This document shows positions 1 to 11,325 of a DNA stretch of 33,814 bases, in pieces; the stretch's first letter is position 1, and the number at the start of each line of letters is the position of its first letter. Source of the stretch: Octopus bimaculoides (lineage: Eukaryota); NCBI RefSeq assembly GCF_001194135.2, contig NC_068983.1, positions 53,542,246 through 53,576,059 on the forward strand, in the 5' to 3' direction. The notes under the pieces are model-generated. The model was given only the letters and a program-made list of their open reading frames with translations. It was not told the DNA's origin and searched no databases. The position numbers and the translations under genes were made by a program.

Positions 1-243
1 ATTTATATATTCATTTATATACATATATATACACACATGCATATGTATTTATATATATATATGCACATGTATATATTTATATATATATACACATATTTAT
101 ATATATACATATTTATATATATATACACACATATAAACATATATACATATGCATTTATATATATACACATATATATATATACACATATATACATATATAC
201 ACACATACACACATACATATGCACACATGTATGTATGTATATA

Positions 244-274
<31 letters not shown>
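1..274. repeat. Compound (TA)n/(CA)n/(TG)n microsatellite
   Basis: Dinucleotide low-complexity tract; it produces the spurious YI-repeat ORFs at 15-358. Confidence 0.97.
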
Positions 275-275
<1 letters not shown>

Positions 276-861
276 ATGGTTTTAATTTTCATAAAACAAT
301 ATTGTGTTATTGTGTTTTACTTTCCTGTTTTTCGATTCTACTTTATTTCATCAGCTGAAAAATTTAATGTCACTCTACTGTTTGTAATAAAAAGATAATG
401 AAAATTTACATAGTGATGACTGAGTTACTCTGCTTATATAATGTAACACTGATCTAAAGATCACAAGTACAATTACTACCATTCTCCTATCACTTATTTC
501 TAGCAGCTTAGTAAAAAAAACAGAATGCCTACTCTCAACGCAAATGTATACAAGCAATATGAAAAAATTATCTGAGGTTTGCATGGTCCTGAAATTTATT
601 TTGTAATAATTCGTTTTTTTAAGCTAATGAAGGGAAATGAGGCACACCTCATGAATTTTTTGCAGAAGCTTCTTAAATTCGTGAGAGGAATATGATTAAA
701 GTTTTATTTAAACATATGTTAGGAAAAATTCGATCAGGGAAAATATTTCCATAGGATTGCAGAGCTAAGGAGGGAAGGATCGGGATAAAAGGGTTCGTGT
801 AGAATGTAGATTTAGTACAGTAAGGAATGACCAGAGAAAGAAAGATATTTATACCATGTGG

Positions 862-944
862 TATAGATACACATATATAAATGTATATATATACACACAT
901 ATATATATATAAATATATATTTATATATAAATCATCATCATCAT
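862..944. repeat. (TA)n-rich tract followed by short (ATC)n
   Basis: Seen directly. Confidence 0.85.
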
Positions 945-1003
945 CCTTGGATATGTTATTAAAGAATCAAATGCCATTATAATCATAGAGAAGGAACAAG
1001 TGA

Positions 1004-1029
1004 GACAGACAGACAGACAGACAGACAGA
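1004..1029. repeat. (GACA)n tetranucleotide microsatellite
   Basis: About 6.5 units of GACA. Confidence 0.95.
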
Positions 1030-1813
1030 TAGGGGAAATAATTAATCCATAGACTCGAGATTGATGATTGCAAAAGATATATTAATGTATGTTTTTATAT
1101 CAAATTATATATAATAAAAAAAACAATTTAATATTAGACTAAAGGATTATGCAATACTTTTTAGTAGAGTACTGGTTTATTAAACTTTTACAAGGAAAAT
1201 GTTAACAGTTATTTTGAAGTTTCGGTTTGCTTGCCTTTGCCAGATTGTTAATAAAAATTGTAATCTATTATTGCTACAATAACTTGAAAATGGATATATA
1301 TTTTAAAACACTCTCTAAGCTCGTATATTTATATGAGAACACAACCAACTAGACCCCCACTTTTTTACATAAAGTAAAATACTAACAAAAAAGACAGTAA
1401 CATGAATGTATTGATAACTAACTTTGTATTCAGTAGCAAAAACATGTTTCTTTTGAATACATTGAAATATGCAGATATAAGGAATATATATGAAAAGGAT
1501 TAAAATGTGAGCACCTGAAGGGACTTGGTTTTTATCCTCTCTTATACAATTGTTATAGCTATAGGTTTCACTTTATTTCAGTGTAAACAGTAGAAATTAA
1601 CACTTATAGATTCTCTCAATCTGTCTGTGTATCTCTCAATTCCTCTCTCTCTCTCCACACTACTAGTACACATGTTCATGTATACATGTCATATATACAT
1701 GTATGAATATAAGCATATATATATTCATATATACAGATACATATGCCTGTACCTATACACATATGTGAGTAGGGAGGAAAGAGAGAGAGAGAGGAAATGC
1801 TAATTATTTTTTA

Positions 1814-2170
1814 TGTGGTAAGTAGCTTGCTTACCAACCACATGGTCCTGGATTCAGTCCCACTGCATGGCACCTTGGGCAAGTGTCTTCTACTATAGCC
1901 TCAGGCTGACCAAAGCCTTACGAGTGAATTTGATAGACGGAAACTGGAAGAAGTCCGTCGTATATGTATGTGCATGTATATATTTGTCACCGCAACATCA
2001 CTTGACAACTGATGCTGGTGTGTTTATGTCCCCGTAACCTAGCAGTTTGGCAAAAGAGACTGATAGAATAAGTACAAGGCTTACAAAGAATAAGCTCTGG
2101 GGTCAATTTGCTCAACTAAAGGTGGTGCTCCAGTACGGCTGCAGTCAAATGACTAAACCAAGTAAAAGAG
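1814..2170 (+). mobile_element. tRNA-derived SINE family C (head + TA/TG linker + tail C), slightly 5' truncated
   Basis: Head (ggtaagtagcttgcttaccaaccacatgg...ggattcagtccc) and tail (...cagtcaaatgactaaaccaagtaaaagag) recur at 10388, 16355, 16512, 16945, 17123 and 29380. Confidence 0.9.
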
Positions 2171-2714
2171 ATATTTTCAATAGTTAACAGAGTAGTGGAG
2201 ATAATAGAATAAAAATTTCTGAGTATGTTATTACACAAAAGTCACATGGGATAAAAATCCATTTGAAATTTGTCTAACAATTTGATAATCCTTGGTAAAA
2301 TTGTAAATATTCCAAATCCTGCAGCAACCACCAAGATTCTTCTGTCTTCACATAAATCTTTGCTTCCAGAAAATTCCCAAAATTTTCAAACTACTTTTAA
2401 ACATTAGAGCTACCTGTTAGTATCAGTACCCACTCAGGAATGATTCAAAATTTTACCTGACCACTTTCCCACCTTCAGTCAAGCAGAGTAAATCTAACCA
2501 GTGCCTTATATAGAACTGTATGTTCTCTTCTGTTTTTAATTATTTAAATTCTTCCTCGGAGAAAGAAGCTGGTTCATAACAAAGCTATAAAGCTTCATCG
2601 TTGGAATGTAGACAACAAAAACAATGTCACATTTTAAAACTTGTGAAAAGTTTTACATATGTTTACTGTTCCACTTACAGATTGTATTTGTACTGTGTGA
2701 GTTGGCTGATTGAT

Positions 2715-2950
2715 TTCTTTTTCTGAAAACCCTAGCTTGTTCATATTGTCACTTAGGCATTCACTCACAAAACCAAATGCACCAATTATTATTGATATAA
2801 ATGTGAATTTATAATTTGAATATAGAGCTTGGAGGTTTTAAAACAGTTGTCCATAGGAATCCTTTTCCTCTTTCATTTTTCTAAGAAATATTCACATCAG
2901 CAGGATAACTAACCTCTATGACAGAACATACTTTTTCTTGTCTGTCCCAA
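2715..2950 (+). repeat. Old unclassified dispersed repeat (family H), copy 1
   Basis: Collinear similarity to 28885-29112 (gaaaa-cctagc, tcacttag-catt, ataaat-tgaattta, aacagttgtccata, tctgtccca). Confidence 0.6.
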
Positions 2951-3112
2951 ACAACATTATCTGGTCTGTTATGTTTACACTTGACAGATGTTTTGATGGG
3001 AATATTCCACTAGTATCCCTTGTATTGATGCGTGTGTATGTATTCAATAACAGGAGGGTTCTCTATATTTATTCTAGGACAGTCTTTTTTGTGAGTGACA
3101 TTGTATATTGTT

Positions 3113-3259
3113 GTTGGCGTTAAGAAGGGCATCCAGCTGTAGAAACTCTGCCAAATCAGATTGGAGCCTGGTGTAGCCATCTGGTTCACCAGTCCTCAGT
3201 CAAATCGTCCAACCCATGCTAGCATGGAAGGCGGATGTTAAACGATGATGATGATGATG
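3113..3259 (+). mobile_element. Family B retroposon 3' end (5'-truncated; probable RTE-type LINE or SINE tail) ending in (GAT)n
   Basis: Near-identical to 12790-12933 and 28515-28658 (gaagggcatccagctgtagaaactctgcc...cccatgctagcatggaa...ttaaacgatgatgatg). Confidence 0.88.
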
Positions 3260-3791
3260 TCACATAGGAAAGTATCACCTTGATGAAATTTTGGGGCAGC
3301 TACTAATCACGTGTGATGTCTTCCACAGAAATATCACATAACCTACATTTTCAGTTGCATCTTGGAGTTCAGACTTCACTGTCGCTTTTGCTTATTTAAT
3401 ATTTCATAGAACAATATTACTTGACTGACGACATGTGTTGAAAAAGCTCTGAGTATTGACAGAATGAATCATTAACCATTTTCTAACAAATATAAAGTCT
3501 TCTACAATTATCAAGTAATCTTGCTTTCATTTGTAATAAAAATAATGTACACACACACGTCACATTAATACAGAATATATATGTGTGAAGCATTTAAAGA
3601 TTACCTTGAGACATTCTTAATCCCAATTAAAAATAAATTGTAATTGAAGTATTTTTAAGGATTAGAATGGGATAAACTAAACAGTTATGTTAATGCTCGA
3701 AGGTACTGGCAATCCATGAGAATGGTGAATTTAATCTTGTTTGCAGACTAAGTTGCTACTCATGATAATAATTATTATTATTATTTATAAG

Positions 3792-3957
3792 GACAGTGGA
3801 ATGGCAGAATAATTAGAAAGTCAAGCAAAATGTTATGGCTCTATATTCTGAGTTCATATCTTGACAAGGTCAACTTTGCCGTTCTTCACTGAGAGGCCAA
3901 TAAATTAAAATACCAATTGAGTATTGGGGTCAATGTAATGAACTTTTCCCACCCTAT
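3792..3957 (+). mobile_element. Old, degenerate family A SINE
   Basis: tggcagaat...ttctgagttcatat...aggtcaactttgcc...ataaattaaaatacca matches family A copies. Confidence 0.7.
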
Positions 3958-4374
3958 TATCATTATTTATTATGTATAACAGAATTGGTAGAAACACAAT
4001 TTCTGACCTTGTGGCTATGTAAAAAAAAAAATCATTATCTATATTATTATTATTAAAAATATCAGCAACTATAATTGTATCACTGCCACCAACAACCATA
4101 ATTACAGTTCACAGATATATCAAAGAGATGCCCAAAGATTTTTATCTCCCCCCCCCCACTCCAAACATAGTATCTTTTACAACAAAAATGGGTCTGGCTC
4201 AGTAGACCTGGGAATAAAACAGGTTTAAGTTTCTGTTGAATGAATTAAAGTTAAAGTTAAATATAGCAGGAGTTAAATTTATTAAGTTATATACAGCAAC
4301 TGATGATATTGTGAACAGTAGATTAACAGGATGTGTGCATGTGTGTGCATCACCAACATTGTTTTAATATCCAC

Positions 4375-4755
4375 TTTTCTATGCTTGCAAGAATCAGACA
4401 GAATTCATTGACGCAGATTTCCTATGGCTAGATATCCTTCCTGTCACCAACTCTCACTCTCTTCCAAACAAAGTGATATTTTCCCATGGCCAGACATGTT
4501 TTCCATGGAAATAAATATTATTGCTTATATGACAGTGATGCTTATTTATAACCATCACATGATGTCAAGACAAGAGTAGACACACACACACACACACATT
4601 ATATATATATATATATATTATGCACGATGGGCTTCTGTCAATACATTCACATGCATTTGATCATTCAGGGCTATAGTAGAAGACAGTTGTCCAAGAAGTT
4701 GTTCAGTGGGAATCAACCTTAAACCATCTGGCTGGGAAGCAAGCTTCTTAACCAT
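4375..4755 (-). mobile_element. SINE with family C head, microsatellite linker and tail E
   Basis: The reverse complement of 4621-4755 is a C head; 4375-4575 is the tail E also seen at 7030-7255 and 30968-31204. Confidence 0.8.
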
Positions 4756-5870
4756 GTGTGTGTGTGAGCATGCGTGTGTGCATATATAAATTTTGAAGTG
4801 AATAAACATGTAAAGTCTGTTTTGAAATCAGTGGTTTCAAAGGTATATAGTTAAAATAAAAAGACAGAAATTTTTTTAAATTTTGACAAGCATTCATGAA
4901 TAAATGGATAAAATATAATACTTCATCCAAAAATAAAATATCATCAAACAAAAGTATTTGATCCATTTAAAGTGTTGTTATGACAGAAAAATAAGATACA
5001 AAAAAAAAAAGAACTCAGAACAAATTAAAAGCAATAATACATTTACAATTACAAGCATTCCTTTAGATGTGATAAACTGGAAAAAATAAGGGAATTAAAT
5101 GAGATAGAAAGAAAACAGTATATTTAATGATATATTGGTGTATTGCATGCAACATGTTGCAAAATAGATGAGACAAAATAAATGTATTTAATATATAAGG
5201 GCAAACAGACAACAAAGGCTTTGTTACACCTTTTCAGTTAATAATGATATTAAATCTACTGAAAAAATGCTTTCTCTGAAATATTTAAGAGATAAAATAT
5301 TCACTATTAAATGGGTTTTTTTCTTATCTATTTGTCTCTTCTATTCGAATATATAACTACAACAAATTTGTTTTCAATAAATTTTATAAAATCATAGCTT
5401 ATATATATATTCACCTTGAGCAAAATACAGAGCTCAGCTAATACAATTAGAACATTTATAATATCACTACTGAAGTTTTGTAGAGATAAGTAGCAGTAAA
5501 AGCCAGAAATTTATGCAAATAATTATACAAAATTAAAAACAGAAAAACAGCATTTCAGAGAGAGGTTGCCATCGACAATAAAGTGGTTAGAAATAGAAGA
5601 ATGTGAAGAGTAAAAGAAGAATGTTTATTGGGAAAATTATTGGTCGTTATTCTTATAAATCTCTAATAGCAAATTATAGACTGGCAAAGGTTATAATAAT
5701 GGAACAATACAGGTTCTTAGTCTGCATTCAGTGTCAACTGAATTTAGCCTAAGTAAACAAGACCAATATTTTCTGCATCTTTATAATATTTGTTGTGTCT
5801 TGGGAGGGTCAGTATACCAATAAGCACACACACCCTGGTTTACTTTCAATTTTGTGAGTTAAACAATCAT

Positions 5871-6034
5871 TTAAATAACTAACTAATATATTGTTTGATT
5901 AATCATTTGGTTTATAAATCAGTCAGTTGTGTGAGAGCATGTCATTTGAAGAGATCATTAATGGCAAGAAAAGAGCTTTGATAAATGCAACTGATTGACT
6001 GATTAGTCAAACAGTTAATTAGTTAGTTGGTTAA
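5871..6034. repeat. Decayed inverted repeat (possible foldback MITE)
   Basis: 5871-5905 vs reverse complement of 6000-6034: 29/35 identical, ungapped; AT-rich. Confidence 0.5.
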
Positions 6035-6170
6035 GTAGTTAAACAATTTGCAAACAATAAAGAAGTGAAAGCTAGCCAGTGTGCATGTTTCAACACACAA
6101 GTTCACATCAGGAATTTTACAAACTTAAATTAAATCTTTATAACATAATATATAAATATAAATTTTTTTG

Positions 6171-6494
6171 TGAAGGTGCATGGCTTAGTGGTTAGGGGTA
6201 TTCAGCTCATGATTGTAAGGTCACAAGTTCAATTCCTGACAATGCATTGTGTCCTTGAGTAAGATACTTTATTTCACGTTGCTCCAGTCCACTCAGCTAG
6301 CAAAAATGAGTAGTATCTATATTTCAAAAGGCCAGCCTTGTTAATCTCTGTGTCATGCTGAATCTCCCTGTAAACTATGTTAAGAGTACACATGTCTGTG
6401 GAGTGCTCAGCCACTTGCATGTTAATTTCACAAGCAGGCTGTTCTGTTGATTGGATCAACTGGAACCCTCGTGATCGTAACTGACGGAATGCCA
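6171..6494 (+). mobile_element. tRNA-derived SINE family D
   Basis: A box TGGCTTAGTGG at 6181-6191 and B box GTTCAATTCC at 6227-6236; core ccagtccactcagct shared with 13380-13400 and 28285-28310 (-). Confidence 0.85.
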
Positions 6495-6865
6495 GTTCCC
6501 ATAAATTTATATAATAAATACCATAAACATTTGTTGAGAGTGTCCTAGTTGTGACTGCTTTTTTAAGTGGAGAGTAAAAGATTCAGGGTTTTTATTTTTT
6601 CATATATGTAAGGGTTACTTGAAAGCCAAGCAACTATGTAGAATTTTCCTCATAGACTTAGAGGTTCTTTTGATAGTTACACACTAATAACAATGTATAA
6701 ACAACGGGTAATTATAATTAAAGACTGCGTAGAAACACTAATAAGATAATTGGCTGCATTTATTTTAGATTTTCTCCAATCAAAACACTGTGTGTATATT
6801 TCACTAGAGCTGGTAGTTGATGCACACTGAAAACCCTGCAAATAAAACAGACTGGTACAGACATC

Positions 6866-7255
6866 AGGTGCAGGCTGGTTGCATGGTTAAGAAGTTGGCT
6901 TCCTAACCACATGGTTTTGAGTTCAACCCTACTACATGATATCTTTAAAAAGTGTCTTCTATAATCATGAGTTGACCAAAGTCTTGTGAGTGAATATATA
7001 TGATTGATGGTTGGTGAGGTGGGGTGTTTGTGTCTCCTTGCCCATGGTGATGGTAAATGAGCGTCATATTTTTGCAAGCAGTGATCTTCATTTCTATTCT
7101 GCATTGAAAACATATCCAGCCATAGGGGAAAATTATTTTGTTTGTAAACAGGTGAGGGTTGACAGCAGAAAGGGCACCCTGCCATAGAAAATCTGGCTCA
7201 AATCCTGTCTAACCCATGCAAGTATGGAAAAGTAGACATGAAAATAATGATGCTG
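6866..7255 (+). mobile_element. SINE with family C head and tail E
   Basis: catggttaagaagttggcttcctaaccacatgg head; tail ends aacccatgcaagtatggaaaagtagacatgaaaataatgatg. Confidence 0.8.
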
Positions 7256-7953
7256 GTAACTGTGACAAATAGATATTATACATCTTACGTATGTCTCTGA
7301 AAATGATGATGTAATAATAGAGAAGAACATTCTGGTATATCCTGAAAGAGAACTAAACCACTCAGACATCATTGTTTAAAATCAAAGACACAAAAAGCAC
7401 TTGCTTCATAGGCTTTCAATCTTGTGAGGTAAAAATACCTTCTTCAATCAATGGGAAGTTTTTTAATTTATTTATTTTAATATGTAGTCTCAGAAATATA
7501 AATAATAGCAGTTTCACTGCGAAAAGCGACAGAAGACACACAAATATAAATTGCTTTATCAACACAGCATATAAAAATCAGCTTTGTTAGGTATTTTGCA
7601 CATCTTCTATTAAACACATAGATGAAATAAATTTTCTCACATACCAAATGAAAGCGTCACATACAAATTATGAACAATACTATATAGAATTTAAAATACA
7701 ATACTGAACTCTGTGGTACAGCAGAGCATAGAATATTATATCTTAATAATAAGCATTTTCTTTTTATATTGCTATAAGGTGACAACTTTCAGAGACGAGG
7801 TGTTACCAAATGATGTAAACAGTACATTCCTGGTCTCTCGAAGGACAAAAAGTATATGCTGTCAAAGCATTCAGGATGAAACAAAACCAAGTACTGGCTG
7901 GTGCTCTACTATTTTTGTTACTGAGACTTTTATTATTATCATAATATTAATAA

Positions 7954-8165
7954 TGGTTTCAAATTTTGCCATAAGGTCAGCAAAAGAGAGAAGGAGGTGA
8001 TTATATGATTACATTGACCCAAGTGTTCAACAGGTATACAGTTTATTGCACATGTAAAGATGAAAAATTAAGTCGGCTCAGTGGAATTTGAACTGAGAAC
8101 ATAAAGGGCTGGAGGAAATATTGCTGACCATTTCATCTGATGTGTAATGACTGTCAGCTCACTGC
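7954..8165 (-). mobile_element. Family A SINE (tail A2)
   Basis: ggtttcaaattttgcc...gattacattgaccc...ggaatttgaactgagaac...gtcagctcac is the reverse complement of family A. Confidence 0.8.
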
Positions 8166-8170
8166 ATTAA

Positions 8171-8392
8171 CCCTTTCAATATCAATCCGACTGAAACCAC
8201 CTCTGGCTCTGTAGTACATATGTCTTGTTTTCATAAGTTTTCAATTAAAATCTTCCACCAAATCTTAGTCACAATTTATGTTCCTAACACTAGCTGATTG
8301 ATTACTAACTTATTTTATTAAATTCTTTGTTATATTCAAAATTAATTGAAAGAAGCACAGAGCATCTCAAAATAAATACAGTAACAAAAGGG
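8171..8392. mobile_element. piggyBac-type MITE family F
   Basis: TTAA (8167-8170) CCCTTT ... AAAGGG TTAA (8393-8396); body homologous to 13933, 26886 and 27327. Confidence 0.82.
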
Positions 8393-8435
8393 TTAATAAT
8401 GATAATAACCCATTTTGTCCAATCTATCATCTTCA

Positions 8436-8630
8436 GGGGACTGAAATTTAGAGGGAAGGGGCTAGTTGATTATCTCAACTTCAGTGGTCGACTGATACTT
8501 ATTTCTTCGACCCGAAAACAATGAAAGGTAAAAATCAACCTTAGTGCAATATGAACTCAGAACATAAAGATGGATGGAATGCTAGTAAGCATTTTGTCTG
8601 GCATATGAATGATTTTGCTAGCTCACCACC

Positions 8631-8632
<2 letters not shown>
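8436..8632 (-). mobile_element. Family A SINE
   Basis: atgaaagg...tgaactcagaacataaaga...gctagctcaccacctt. Confidence 0.8.
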
Positions 8633-8667
<35 letters not shown>

Positions 8668-8670
8668 TAA
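8632..8670. repeat. (AAT)n microsatellite (SINE tail-derived)
   Basis: Seen directly; lies between tandem family A SINEs. Confidence 0.92.
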
Positions 8671-8796
8671 TGGTTTCAAATTTTGCCACAAGGGCAGCAA
8701 TTTTGGAGGAGGGGTTGAGTCAGTTATATCAACCCCAGTGTTCAGCTGGTACTTATTTTATCAACCTCAAAAGGGGGTAAGGCAAAGTTGACCCTA
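8671..8796 (-). mobile_element. Family A SINE (tail A2), head missing
   Basis: ggtttcaaattttgccacaagggcagcaatttt...ctggtacttatttt...aggcaaagttgacc. Confidence 0.82.
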
Positions 8797-8987
8797 ACAG
8801 TGTTTTGAGGGAGGGGTTAAGTTGATTACATTGAGCCCAGTGTTCTTATTTTACTTATTTTATCGACCCCATAAAGATGAGAGGCAAAGCTGACCTCAGT
8901 GGAATTTGAACTCAGAAAGTAGCGATAGATGAAATACTGCTAAGCATTTTGCCTGGCATGCTAAGGATTCTGACAGCTCATTGCCTT
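8797..8987 (-). mobile_element. Family A SINE
   Basis: gattacattga...ggaatttgaactcagaa...ctaagcattttgcctggcatgctaaggattctgacagctc. Confidence 0.85.
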
Positions 8988-9013
8988 GACAATAATAATA
9001 ATGATGATGATGA

Positions 9014-9219
9014 TTTTAAACTTTTGCCCCAAGGGCAGCTTGTGGGAGGGGATTAAGTCAATTCCATTGACTCCAGTGTGCAACTGGTACTTATTTGACC
9101 CTGAAAGGATGAAAGCAAAGTCGACCTCAGCAGAATTTGAACTCAGAACGTAACAATGGGTGAAATACCATGCAGCATATCGCCCAGCACACTAACAATT
9201 CTGCCAGCTCACCACCTTC

Positions 9220-9220
<1 letters not shown>
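9014..9220 (-). mobile_element. Family A SINE (tail A2)
   Basis: caactggtacttattt...gaaaggatgaaagcaaagtcgacctcagcagaatttgaactcagaacg...ctgccagctcaccaccttca. Confidence 0.88.

Positions 9221-9253
<33 letters not shown>
9221..9253. repeat. (AAT)n microsatellite
   Basis: Seen directly. Confidence 0.92.
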
Positions 9254-9255
<2 letters not shown>

Positions 9256-9954
9256 TGATCATGTATATGAATATTAAACAAACAGGAAGTCGCTTATAAA
9301 TAGTAAACTATTTTTTACTGATTATTATCCTAATTAAGGGGCTGTCTATAATATTCATTTTATATATCACTAGTTTTCAAATAACATTTATAAATATCTT
9401 TCTCATTTCCACAATATGCTGTCATCATTTTCTCCTTGCCGTTTGTTGAAAACGTATCTAAAACTATTCCAACAATATATAACTGCAGAGAAGTGCTAAT
9501 GAAACTGTAGAAGATTAATTAGCAGGAAAGCAACTAACACTTGAACACATCTCACTTGAAACTAATATGCCACCTTGCATTGCTATGGAATTCACAATAG
9601 AATAACTCATTAAAGCATGCAATTATTAATAGATTAATTATATGCTGTTCTAAATAAGGTTTGATGATCACGATCGTAATGATAGATGGAATGAGTTGCA
9701 GATTTTTAAATGAAAAGCCTTCATTATTGTCAACACCACCACCACCACCAATATCACCACTGCCATACCACCATCATCATCATGATCATCACTTTAAGTT
9801 TGAGATTTCAGTTTTTAATTTTTTAGTTCATTTGTGCTACAAGAAGTGAGAAACAGATAACAATGGAATTAGATGTGTTTTTTATAAAATATTTTTACCC
9901 TTCAAGTGTATTCCAGTTTTAATGAAGAAAAGGAATGAACAACCATTTTCATGA

Positions 9955-10180
9955 TGGTGCCATGTAAAAAGAACCCTTACTGGTACCATGTTAAAGGGAC
10001 CCATTCTGGTGCCATGTAAAAAGCATCCAGTAGACTCTATAAATTTACTGGCATTAGGAATGGCATCCAGCTTTAGAATCCATGCCAAAACAGACAATTA
10101 GAGCCTGGTGCAGCTTCTGTGAAACCATCCAAGCCATGCCAGCATGGAGAACGGATGTTAAATGATGAGGAGGAGGATGA
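9955..10180 (+). mobile_element. Diverged family B-like retroposon 3' end
   Basis: Three short tggt(g/a)ccatgt(a/t)aa repeats, then ggcatccagct...agagcctggtgcagc...ccatgccagcatggagaacggatgttaaatgatgag. Confidence 0.78.
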
Positions 10181-10387
10181 GACAACATGAAGCATGGCTA
10201 ATTATCTGGTGGGCCAGACTTCTCAAAAAAATTCAAGATAATATTTTGTAAGGCATGCCATTCAGAAAATCCTATGTGCCACAGTTTGCCCTTAACCATC
10301 GTTGAATAGAAATAGTTATGAGACACAGCATCAAATAGATTTAATTGGTAATAATTTGTTTGGTCAATCTTAACATTTTTTTAAACC

Positions 10388-10520
10388 TTCTTCCCAACCA
10401 CAAGGTTCCAAGTTCAGTCTCAATGGATGGCACCTTCGGCAAGTGTCTTCTATAACCTTGGACTAACTAAAGCCTTGTGTGTGGATTTGGTAGATGGAAA
10501 CTGAAGGAAGCCCATCATAT
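10388..10520 (+). mobile_element. Family C SINE head (runs into assembly gap)
   Basis: ttcccaaccacaaggttcc...ggcaagtgtcttcta...ggatttggtagatggaaactgaaggaagccc. Confidence 0.88.
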
Positions 10521-10620
10521 NNNNNNNNNNNNNNNNNNNNNNNNNNNNNNNNNNNNNNNNNNNNNNNNNNNNNNNNNNNNNNNNNNNNNNNNNNNNNNNN
10601 NNNNNNNNNNNNNNNNNNNN
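10521..10620. other. Assembly gap (100 N)
   Basis: Run of N; followed by (TA)n at 10621-10661. Confidence 0.99.
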
Positions 10621-10666
<46 letters not shown>

Positions 10667-10748
10667 GAGTCAATAAAACATATCAGAAAAGAAGCACTCT
10701 CTAAAGAATAGAGCAGTAATTATTGAAATAAGAAGTCAAATTCTGGTC

Positions 10749-10814
10749 ATAGAGTTACCAAAGGTTTCGTATCCACAAAAGTCACAGTCTTGTGGACAGC
10801 TCATTAGACCCTAT
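10749..10814 (-). ncRNA. Type I hammerhead ribozyme-like motif, one core mutation (G5A)
   Basis: Minus strand: stem I AUAGGGU/ACUCUAU; core CUAAUGA; G-C closing pair plus 9-bp stem II UGUCCACAA/UUGUGGAUA; GAAA; stem III ACC-UUU-GGU; GUA cleavage triplet. Confidence 0.75.
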
Positions 10815-10862
10815 ACAGAGAAAAAAAGTTAAACATCCACATGGTAGACTAAAAGACTTTGT

Positions 10863-10928
10863 ATAGCATCTGACAAGCTGTCTACAAAGCTGTGGCTTTT
10901 GTGGATATGAAAACTTTCATAACTCTAC
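10863..10928 (+). ncRNA. More degenerate second copy of the same hammerhead-like motif
   Basis: Core CUGACAA (G8A); stem II UGUCUACAA/UUGUGGAUA; UGAAAA; stems III and I disrupted. Homologous to 10749-10814. Confidence 0.55.
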
Positions 10929-10954
10929 GACCAGAGTTTGACTTTTTATTTTTA

Positions 10955-11168
10955 TATGTGTGTGTGTGTGTTTATGTTTGTCCCCTACTACTACTTGTTA
11001 ACTGGTGTTGGTGTGTTTATGTCCTTGTAACCGTACTTAAGTACCATACTTAAAAAGCAAGAAATAAGTACTGGGGGTTGATTCCTTTGACTGAAAATTC
11101 TTCAAGGTGATGCCCCAGCATAACCACAGACTGACTGAAACAAGTAAAAAAAAAAAAGAAAAAGAATT
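10955..11168 (+). mobile_element. Family C SINE tail
   Basis: gtgtgtttatgtttgtcccc...tggtgttggtgtgtttatgtcc...aataagtactggggg...ccccagcat...tgactgaaacaagtaaaa. Confidence 0.82.
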
Positions 11169-11325
11169 TGTACATTGTTAAACATTTGTCTACAATTCTA
11201 CAATGTGAACATAACTCTAGCCATCCATCACTCACAAATATGGCTTGGCAATATGTTTTATGCTTGTGTTGTTTTAGAAACAACCTATGTAGTCATAGAC
11301 ACAGTTTCAACCCTCATAACCTCAA

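Larger units (their letters stand above)
10662..10953. mobile_element. Insert in a SINE (TA)n linker carrying a 92-bp inverted repeat; probable Penelope-like or retrozyme-like relic
   Basis: Arms 10726-10817 and 10860-10951 are 76/92 identical and ungapped; each arm encodes a hammerhead-like fold. Confidence 0.65.

Noticed and set aside
320-356. Minus-strand CTGATGA...CGAAA spaced like a hammerhead
   Set aside because: Stem II has only two pairs, and no convincing stem III or stem I; expected by chance in 34 kb.
15-358. YI/MCVY-rich ORFs (also at 673-900, 10477-10676, 15093-15275, 24005-25421 and 25676-26082)
   Set aside because: Translations of TA/TG microsatellites and N gaps.
6171-6245. 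tRNA gene call for SINE heads (also families A and C)
   Set aside because: A and B boxes are present, but there is no intact cloverleaf and the heads continue into repeated SINE bodies.
6760-7372. 141-aa and 79-aa minus-strand ORFs
   Set aside because: Antisense read-through of a SINE; no protein motifs.
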